64,000 nt of DNA, taken from contig JBKBHA010000004.1 of NCBI GenBank assembly GCA_046297935.1, forward strand, positions 297,447 through 361,446, written 5' to 3'. Positions 57,319 to 64,000 of the stretch are shown here, one piece after another. Positions within the stretch are counted from its first letter, which is position 1; every line of letters begins with the position of its first letter. The translations under genes and the position numbers were made by a program. The notes beneath the pieces were generated by a model, which worked only from the letters and a program-made list of their open reading frames with translations, did not search any database and had not been told where the DNA came from. This stretch comes from Chitinophagaceae bacterium. Its GTDB lineage: Bacteria; Bacteroidota; Bacteroidia; Chitinophagales; Chitinophagaceae.

Positions 57319-58259
57319 GGAAGCATTCAGTCAGCGACGAGCAGCCGGAATATCATGTACCGGTGATGCTAAACGAAGCACTGCAGGCACTCGCCATCCA
57401 ACCGGATGGAGTGTATGTTGATTGCACCTTCGGCGGAGGCGGTCATAGCAGAGGCATCTTGCAACTGTTGGGCCCCAAAGGGAAGCTGCTGGCTTTTGAT
57501 CAGGACGAGGACGCGAAGCAGAATCTGCCGGACGATCCGCGCCTGCTGTTTGTTCCACATAATTTCCGCCACATCCAACGCATGCTGCGTTTACATGGCA
57601 TCAGCCAGGTCGATGGAATATTGGCCGACCTCGGTGTCAGCAGTCATCAGTTCGATGAAGCGGAACGTGGATTCTCTATCCGTTTCGATGCGCCACTTGA
57701 CATGCGTATGGATCAGCGTCAACCCCGTACAGCTTTCGATATTGTGCAACAATACACCGAACCACAGTTGCATAAATTATTCGAACGCTACGGCGAGGTT
57801 ACCAATGCCAAAACGCTGGCCCGTACACTGGTTGCTATTCGCGGCCAGGTGTCCTTGCAAACCATCGACAGCTTCAAGAATGCCATAAGGAGTGTAGTGA
57901 AAGGAAATCCAAACCGCTATTTTGCCCAGGTTTTCCAGGCGTTGCGCATTGAAGTGAACGAAGAGATGACAGTACTGCAAGAATTGCTGCAACAAATCCC
58001 ACCCCTGCTAAAGCCCGGAGGCAGAGTAGCCATTATCACCTTTCATTCGCTGGAGGACAGACTGGTTAAAAATTTTTTCAAACGCGGAACTTTTGAAGAA
58101 GCCGATGAAAATCCTTTTGTCAGCAATGTACACCGCAATGAACTGAAGGTGATAACCAAAAAGCCGCTTGAACCCGGCCCGGAAGAATTGAAGAGAAACC
58201 CCCGTTCGCGAAGCGCCCGCCTGCGCGTCGCTGAGAAAAAGCGGGATGATGAAAGTTAA
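57315..58259 (+). CDS. rsmH: 16S rRNA (cytosine1402-N4)-methyltransferase RsmH (MraW)
   Basis: HVPVMLNE, DCTFGGGGHS SAM motif. Overlaps the mraZ stop by 4 nt. Confidence 0.9.
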   Translation: MRKHSVSDEQPEYHVPVMLNEALQALAIQPDGVYVDCTFGGGGHSRGILQLLGPKGKLLAFDQDEDAKQNLPDDPRLLFVPHNFRHIQRMLRLHGISQVDGILADLGVSSHQFDEAERGFSIRFDAPLDMRMDQRQPRTAFDIVQQYTEPQLHKLFERYGEVTNAKTLARTLVAIRGQVSLQTIDSFKNAIRSVVKGNPNRYFAQVFQALRIEVNEEMTVLQELLQQIPPLLKPGGRVAIITFHSLEDRLVKNFFKRGTFEEADENPFVSNVHRNELKVITKKPLEPGPEELKRNPRSRSARLRVAEKKRDDES

Positions 58260-58353
58260 TAGTCTGCAAGCCTGACGATACATAAGTGTAAATCTATATC
58301 CTGTGAGTTGACCAAGCGTCGGTTCACCTATTTATCTAACAGCACACTATCGT

Positions 58354-58716
58354 ATGCAGGACAAGGAAACAGTAAACAACAACGCCCACAACTCAGCCCT
58401 GCCGGGATGGAAGCGTTGGCTAAACTACCAATCGGTGGTTAAGCAAATTCCTTTCTTTTTATTCCTCGCGTTGCTGTCGGTCATTTACATCTACAATGGC
58501 CACCATGCCAATAAAACGCTCCGCGCAATCAGTCGTACATCGCGGGAGGTGAGGGACCTGCAATTCGAATATAAAACGCTGAAAAGCGAAGTGATGTTCC
58601 GAAGCAAGCAAAGTGAACTGGCAAAAGCAGTAGAAAACCTGGGTCTGCAACAACTGAATGTTGCACCAGCAGTACTAAGCAACCAGACCAAACCTGCCAG
58701 CAAAGGCAACGAATAA
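58354..58716 (+). CDS. ftsL: FtsL-like cell-division protein (Bacteroidetes type)
   Basis: Single TM helix followed by a coiled-coil. Positioned between rsmH and ftsI. Confidence 0.5.
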   Translation: MQDKETVNNNAHNSALPGWKRWLNYQSVVKQIPFFLFLALLSVIYIYNGHHANKTLRAISRTSREVRDLQFEYKTLKSEVMFRSKQSELAKAVENLGLQQLNVAPAVLSNQTKPASKGNE

Positions 58717-58798
58717 TACTTGGACGGTATCCCCGGTTACCCCCGCCACTGGCGGGGGGACTCCGGGAGATTTTTAAAAAGATCAGAACCACTGAACC

Positions 58799-60928
58799 TT
58801 GGAAGTACGGAAAGACATACTATGGCGAGTATACCTCAGTTTTCTGGGTATGGTAGCTGTGATCCTGCTGATCCTGGGTAAGGCATTCTATATTCAACGG
58901 GTAGAGGGCGCACACTGGCGTAGCATGAGCGACAGCCTTCACCAGCGGATTGTGGAGCTGGATGCTGAGCGCGGCACCATCTACAGCGAAGACGGACAGA
59001 TGCTCAGTACTTCCATGCCTCAGTTTGATATTTACATGGATTTTCTGGCGGACGGACTTCGCGACAAAAACGGAAAAATATTCAGCGAACATATCGACTC
59101 CTTTACTATAACCATGTCGCGTTATTTTGGCGACAAATCGGCTGCGCAATACAAAACGGAGTTGCAGCAACAGTATAAAAAGAAGCGTCGGTACTATTTG
59201 TTGAAGAAGAAGATTTCCTTTGAAGACTATAAAGCATTTCGCGACTTTCCACTGGTTCGCCTTGGCCGAAACAAGAGCGGCATCATTGTAGAAGAAAGCA
59301 GTAAACGCATTTCGCCATTTGGTCTGTTGGCCAACCGTACTATCGGGCTGTCCCGCGAATTTATTGCCAGCAACGGTAAAGTGAAGAAACAGAATGTAGG
59401 GCTTGAAATGTCGTACGATAGTCTGCTTACAGGTGTAAAAGGTCAGCGTTTGGTTCGTTATGCCTCAGGTGGCGCCATTCCGGTTGACGGGTTTCAGATT
59501 GAACCGGAAAACGGAAAGGATATTCACACCACTATTGATGTCAATATCCAGGACATTGTGCAAACAGCACTGCTTCGGCAAATGGAAGAAAGCCAGTCGC
59601 TGTACGGAACATGTATTGTGATGGAGACCAGTACGGGCAAAATCAAAGCGATTGCCAACCTGGGTCGCCGCCCTGATGGTTCTTACTGGGAAGATGATAA
59701 CTATGCACTTCGCGTAACGGAGCCAGGCAGCACCCTTAAGTTGGTTACTCTGATGGCTGCACTCGAGGAAGGTAATACCAAACTGGATGATTTAGTGGAA
59801 GTGGGTACTGCCGGGCGAATGCAGGTGGGCAACAGGATCGTAAATGATGCAGAACGATACGCCAAACCTATTCAATCAGTGAAAGAATGCTTCGCCCACA
59901 GTTCCAATGTGGGGATGAGCAAAATAGCTTATGCCGCTTTTCAGAAAAATCCAAAAGAATTTGGCGACTATCTGAAAAAATATCACATGCTCGAGAAAGC
60001 GCCGGTTGACCTGTCGTATCTGCCCAGTCCACGAATGGCACCGCTAGATAAGAACAAGGGCGGCGTAATGAATCTGATCACAATGAGTTTCGGGTACGCT
60101 GTACAGGTAAGCCCGTTACATACACTGATGTTGTACAATGCTATAGCCAACAACGGCCGCATGATGAAGCCTTACCTCGTGAACAGCGTAAGGCAGGATG
60201 GAGTGATTGTAAGGCAGTTTGAGCCCACCGCACTCGAAGAACAAATAGTGAGCAAGGATATTGTTCAATCAGCGCGTGAATGTATGGAAGCTGTGGTAAC
60301 CGAAGGAACGGCACAGGCCGTCTTCAAGGGTATGACATTTCCTGTAGCAGGCAAAACGGGAACAGCGCATGTAAAGGATGCCGGTTATGAATATTCAGAT
60401 GGAGTATACCAGGCTTCATTTGTAGGTTATTTCCCCGCCAATGAGCCAAAGTATTCCTGTATCGTCGTGATTCGTTCCCGCCCACATGCACCCATCCATT
60501 ATGGTGGTACGCTGGCAGGTCCGGTATTTCGTGAAGTAGCCAGCCGACTGTATGCGCTTTATGTGCATCCCAAACTGCCGGCCCCACTGCAAATTTCAAC
60601 AGACAGCAGTAGTTATTTCTATGCAGGTCAACTCGAAGGCCTTCGGAAGATATATTCAGCGCTGGGTATGAATGTAACCGATTCGGCTGCTGATGCCAAT
60701 TACGCATCTGTCCGATATCGTCAACAGGCAGTGATGTCTCCAATGCCGGTAAAATCGCCGGTAATGCCGGACTTGAAAGGCATGGGACTGAGAGATGCTT
60801 TGTTTTTATTGGAAACGCTGGGTGCTAAAGTATCTGTTCGTGGTAAAGGGAGGGTTATTCAACAATCTGTTCCTACCGGAACAGCTATGTCGAAAGGGAC
60901 ACCGGTTGCAATTGAATTAGGAATATAA
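58799..60928 (+). CDS. ftsI: Penicillin-binding protein 2 / FtsI peptidoglycan D,D-transpeptidase with a C-terminal PASTA domain
   Basis: Transpeptidase motifs STLK (PGSTLK), SSN, KTGT. PASTA-like C-terminus. 709 aa. Confidence 0.85.
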   Translation: MEVRKDILWRVYLSFLGMVAVILLILGKAFYIQRVEGAHWRSMSDSLHQRIVELDAERGTIYSEDGQMLSTSMPQFDIYMDFLADGLRDKNGKIFSEHIDSFTITMSRYFGDKSAAQYKTELQQQYKKKRRYYLLKKKISFEDYKAFRDFPLVRLGRNKSGIIVEESSKRISPFGLLANRTIGLSREFIASNGKVKKQNVGLEMSYDSLLTGVKGQRLVRYASGGAIPVDGFQIEPENGKDIHTTIDVNIQDIVQTALLRQMEESQSLYGTCIVMETSTGKIKAIANLGRRPDGSYWEDDNYALRVTEPGSTLKLVTLMAALEEGNTKLDDLVEVGTAGRMQVGNRIVNDAERYAKPIQSVKECFAHSSNVGMSKIAYAAFQKNPKEFGDYLKKYHMLEKAPVDLSYLPSPRMAPLDKNKGGVMNLITMSFGYAVQVSPLHTLMLYNAIANNGRMMKPYLVNSVRQDGVIVRQFEPTALEEQIVSKDIVQSARECMEAVVTEGTAQAVFKGMTFPVAGKTGTAHVKDAGYEYSDGVYQASFVGYFPANEPKYSCIVVIRSRPHAPIHYGGTLAGPVFREVASRLYALYVHPKLPAPLQISTDSSSYFYAGQLEGLRKIYSALGMNVTDSAADANYASVRYRQQAVMSPMPVKSPVMPDLKGMGLRDALFLLETLGAKVSVRGKGRVIQQSVPTGTAMSKGTPVAIELGI

Positions 60929-60945
60929 ATTAAAAGAATACGGGC

Positions 60946-62412
60946 TTGCTGTTGTTGAGTGAAATATTGTATAAGGTGGCTATCCGCTCGGTGTTGGGAA
61001 GTACTGATCAGGTGATGACTGATGTACAGACGGATTCGAGGAAGATAACGGCGGGCGCCCTGTTTGTAGCGGTGAAAGGTGTTGGTTCGGATGGGCATGA
61101 TTTTATAAAGTCGGCCATTGCAAACGGTGCGAAAGCGGTGGTTTGTGAGAGAATACCTGAGCAGACAGAGTCCGATATCGTGTATGTAGAGGTTAAAAAC
61201 AGTGCAGAAGCAGCAGCTTTTATCGCACACAATTTTTTCGGGCAACCGTCTGAGAAAATAAAACTGGTAGGTGTGACGGGTACTAATGGTAAAACAACCA
61301 TCGCCACCCTGCTTTACAAGCTCTTTACATCGTTGGGGTATCCGGCCGGCCTGATCAGTACGGTCGAGAACCGAATTGGAAACCAGGTGTTGCCGGCAAC
61401 ACATACCACGCCCGATGCGGTTTCTCTCAATCGCCTTTTGCGCGATATGGTGGAAGCAGGATGCTCGCATGTGTTTATGGAAGTAAGCTCGCATGCATTG
61501 CACCAGCACCGGGTAACAGCATTGAAGTTTACGGGTGCACTGTTCAGCAATATCACACATGATCACCTGGACTATCATCAAACTTTTGATGAATACATCC
61601 GCGTGAAGAAAAGCTTCTTTGATGGGTTAGATGCTGCTGCTTTTGCAGTGAGTAATGCGGACGACAAGCGAGGCGCTGTGATGCTGCAGAATACGGACGC
61701 GCGCAAGTATTTCTACAGCCTTCGCACGCTGGCTGATTTCAAAGGCAAAATACTGGAGAATACGTTGGCCGGGCTGCAGATGACCATCAATGATCAGGAA
61801 GTACACTTTCGAATGATCGGCGAGTTTAATGCATATAATCTGCTGGCAGTATACAGCGCAGCGATCTGCCTGGGTGAAGAGCGACAGGAAGTTTTATTAA
61901 AGCTCAGCCAGTTGACCGGAGCGGAAGGGCGATTTGATTATGTGCTGTCGGAAAAAGATCATGTGATGGCGATCGTAGATTATGCTCATACACCTGATGC
62001 ACTCCTGAACGTGTTGTTTACGATACAGAAGTTGAGGCGCGGACAGGAACAGGTGATAACCGTTGTAGGCTGTGGAGGAGATCGAGATAAGACCAAGCGC
62101 CCGATTATGGCTGCAGCTGCCTGCGAACATAGCGATCGCGCTATTCTGACCAGTGATAATCCACGGACAGAAGATCCGGCACAGATCATTCGCGATATGG
62201 AAGAAGGTCTTCCGCCGGCCGCCAGAAGAAAATACATCAGCATCGTTGACCGGCGAGAGGCAATCCGGACAGCAGTAATGATGGCCAAACCAAACGATAT
62301 TTTATTGATAGCAGGTAAAGGACATGAAAAATACCAGGAAATAAATGGAGTGAAACACCATTTTGACGATAAAGAGACTGTGTTGGATTTGTTTAAGGAG
62401 ATGGGAAGATAG
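60946..62412 (+). CDS. murE: UDP-N-acetylmuramoyl-L-alanyl-D-glutamate--2,6-diaminopimelate ligase
   Basis: VGVTGTNGKTT P-loop. Mur ligase middle/C domains. DNPR motif. Confidence 0.9.
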   Translation: MLLLSEILYKVAIRSVLGSTDQVMTDVQTDSRKITAGALFVAVKGVGSDGHDFIKSAIANGAKAVVCERIPEQTESDIVYVEVKNSAEAAAFIAHNFFGQPSEKIKLVGVTGTNGKTTIATLLYKLFTSLGYPAGLISTVENRIGNQVLPATHTTPDAVSLNRLLRDMVEAGCSHVFMEVSSHALHQHRVTALKFTGALFSNITHDHLDYHQTFDEYIRVKKSFFDGLDAAAFAVSNADDKRGAVMLQNTDARKYFYSLRTLADFKGKILENTLAGLQMTINDQEVHFRMIGEFNAYNLLAVYSAAICLGEERQEVLLKLSQLTGAEGRFDYVLSEKDHVMAIVDYAHTPDALLNVLFTIQKLRRGQEQVITVVGCGGDRDKTKRPIMAAAACEHSDRAILTSDNPRTEDPAQIIRDMEEGLPPAARRKYISIVDRREAIRTAVMMAKPNDILLIAGKGHEKYQEINGVKHHFDDKETVLDLFKEMGR

Positions 62413-62468
62413 CAGAGGATTAAGCAAAGGATTAAACGTTAACAGAAAAAAGTTAAAACAAGAACGAA

Positions 62469-63746
62469 ATGCTATATCACCTTTTTGAGTGGTTTGATAA
62501 GCAGGGCATCGACTTCCCGGGAAGCGAGCTCTATCGCTTCATCTCCTTCAGGGTGTTGCTGGCTATTTTGTTGTCGCTCACCATCACCCTCATCTATGGC
62601 CGCAGATTAATCAATATCCTGCGGAACAAGCTGGTTGGAGAATCGGTGCGCGATTTGGGATTGGCTGGTGAGCAACAGAAGAAAGGGACGCCAACCATGG
62701 GTGGTATCATCATCATACTTGGGATCATTATTCCTACCCTGTTATTCGCACGCCTTGATACCATTTACATCATATTGATGTTGATTGCCACTGTATGGCT
62801 CGGCATCATAGGATTTGTGGATGATTACCTGAAACTGCGTGCCAAGCGACTGGCACAGCAACAGGGTGCTGCCTATAAAAAGGGAGATAAGGACGGGCTG
62901 GCCGGCTGGTTCAAAATATTGGGACAGGTAGGTCTGGGAATTCTGGTGGGTGCTGTACTCTATTTTCATCCGGAAGTAAAAATCTGGCGCGAGTATCAGG
63001 GAACACCGAGAAGCGGTGACAGCAGTGTCATCACACGCCAGGTAAACGGTCAAACCAAGCATTTTGTTGAAACGAAAGAAGCTATTACAACTATACCGTT
63101 TGTAAAAGATCATGAATTCAACTATTCAAAACTGTTGCCGGAAAGCTGGCGTGGATATACCTGGCTGCTCTATATACTGGTAGTGATCTTTATCATCACC
63201 GCCGTATCGAATGGAGCCAATATAACAGATGGGCTGGATGGACTGGCAACGGGAACATCGGCATTGATTGGTGTGTGTTTGGGCATATTCGCTTATGCCA
63301 GTGGTAGTTTTGTGTTTGCTGACTATCTCAATATAATGTACATCCCCGAGCTGGGCGAGCTGAGTATATTCATTGCTGCCATGATCGGTGCCTGTGTTGG
63401 ATTTTTATGGTACAATTCCTATCCCGCACAGGTATTCATGGGCGATACAGGTAGTTTGACACTCGGAGGAATAATCGCAGCCATCGCGATCATTGTACAT
63501 AAAGAACTGTTGATTCCCATTTTCTGTGGTGTTTTCCTGGTGGAAAATTTGAGTGTAATGATTCAGGTAACTTATTTCAAGTATACCAAGAAGAAATATG
63601 GTGTGGGTCGCCGGGTATTCTTAATGAGTCCCCTGCATCACCACTATCAGAAAAAAGGATACCATGAAGCCAAAATAGTAACGAGATTCTGGATTGTGAC
63701 GGTCTTATTTGTACTGTTTAGCATAGCAACGTTGAAACTGAGATAA
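62469..63746 (+). CDS. mraY: Phospho-N-acetylmuramoyl-pentapeptide transferase
   Basis: Ten TM segments. Conserved DD...NxxNxxDGxDGL and the HHH motif region (SPLHHHYQ). Confidence 0.9.
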   Translation: MLYHLFEWFDKQGIDFPGSELYRFISFRVLLAILLSLTITLIYGRRLINILRNKLVGESVRDLGLAGEQQKKGTPTMGGIIIILGIIIPTLLFARLDTIYIILMLIATVWLGIIGFVDDYLKLRAKRLAQQQGAAYKKGDKDGLAGWFKILGQVGLGILVGAVLYFHPEVKIWREYQGTPRSGDSSVITRQVNGQTKHFVETKEAITTIPFVKDHEFNYSKLLPESWRGYTWLLYILVVIFIITAVSNGANITDGLDGLATGTSALIGVCLGIFAYASGSFVFADYLNIMYIPELGELSIFIAAMIGACVGFLWYNSYPAQVFMGDTGSLTLGGIIAAIAIIVHKELLIPIFCGVFLVENLSVMIQVTYFKYTKKKYGVGRRVFLMSPLHHHYQKKGYHEAKIVTRFWIVTVLFVLFSIATLKLR

Positions 63747-63911
63747 TAGAAAGGAATTGATTGGCGGCCTCCGGGTCGCGAGAAAGGAATGCCTGAAAAA
63801 CCGCCCTTCCACCGTCCGTACCGAATGGAGACTGACTCTGATGAATGAATTGTGGTGCATTACCAAAACCCAAGCTTGTGAAGAACCTTTTTTCCGTACG
63901 CCTTTATCATT

Positions 63912-64000
63912 ATGCGTAAACGACTCGTCATATTGGGTGGTGGAGAAAGTGGTGTTGGTGCCGCCATTCTCGGAAAAAAAGAGGATTACCAGGTTTTGGT
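63912..64000 (+). CDS. murD: UDP-N-acetylmuramoylalanine--D-glutamate ligase, N-terminal fragment (runs off the window)
   Basis: MRKRLVILGGGESGVGAAILG Rossmann start. Position after mraY. Confidence 0.6.
   Translation, partial: MRKRLVILGGGESGVGAAILGKKEDYQVL

Overview
This 64 kb window is a Bacteroidetes-type chromosomal segment, probably from a Chitinophagaceae- or Sphingobacteriia-like genome. It is mostly housekeeping: engB, ubiE/menG, a class-I dihydroorotase, yifB/comM, an MsbA-like ABC exporter, a flotillin-NfeD operon, a pyruvate-dehydrogenase E2 with two lipoyl domains, dnaX, atpD-atpC, queA, one tRNA-Cys, and the start of the dcw cluster (mraZ-rsmH-ftsL-ftsI-murE-mraY-murD). It also carries many outer-membrane beta-barrel proteins, one TonB-dependent receptor, two M1 aminopeptidases and regulators (AraC/ChrB-like, GbsR, an ECF-type sigma factor, a histidine kinase).

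Two things stand out:

1. A composition-distinct island at 37.5-41.0 kb. It carries a 5'-truncated ('orphan') RHS-core C-terminus fused to an AT-rich, unrecognised polymorphic-toxin domain, then a tightly linked putative immunity gene, then a frameshifted P-loop primase/helicase-like mobile-element remnant.

2. A family of composite palindromic intergenic repeat elements, with copies at 13.7 kb and 54.7-55.3 kb. Each is built from GTG-purine heptamer microsatellite arms around a core of periodically spaced ATCTGCG/CGCAGAT boxes and a GGGAACAG/CTGTTCCC inverted pair. Both copies sit exactly between convergent genes, and the arms supply the genes' own stop codons. I do not recognise this as any described element class.

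Smaller observations: an A9 run in dnaX at the expected tau/gamma slippage position, a triple DnaA-box cluster upstream of mraZ, a repeated palindromic motif flanking a stand-alone CarbopepD_reg fragment, and two tandem paralogous membrane-anchored proteins of unknown function.
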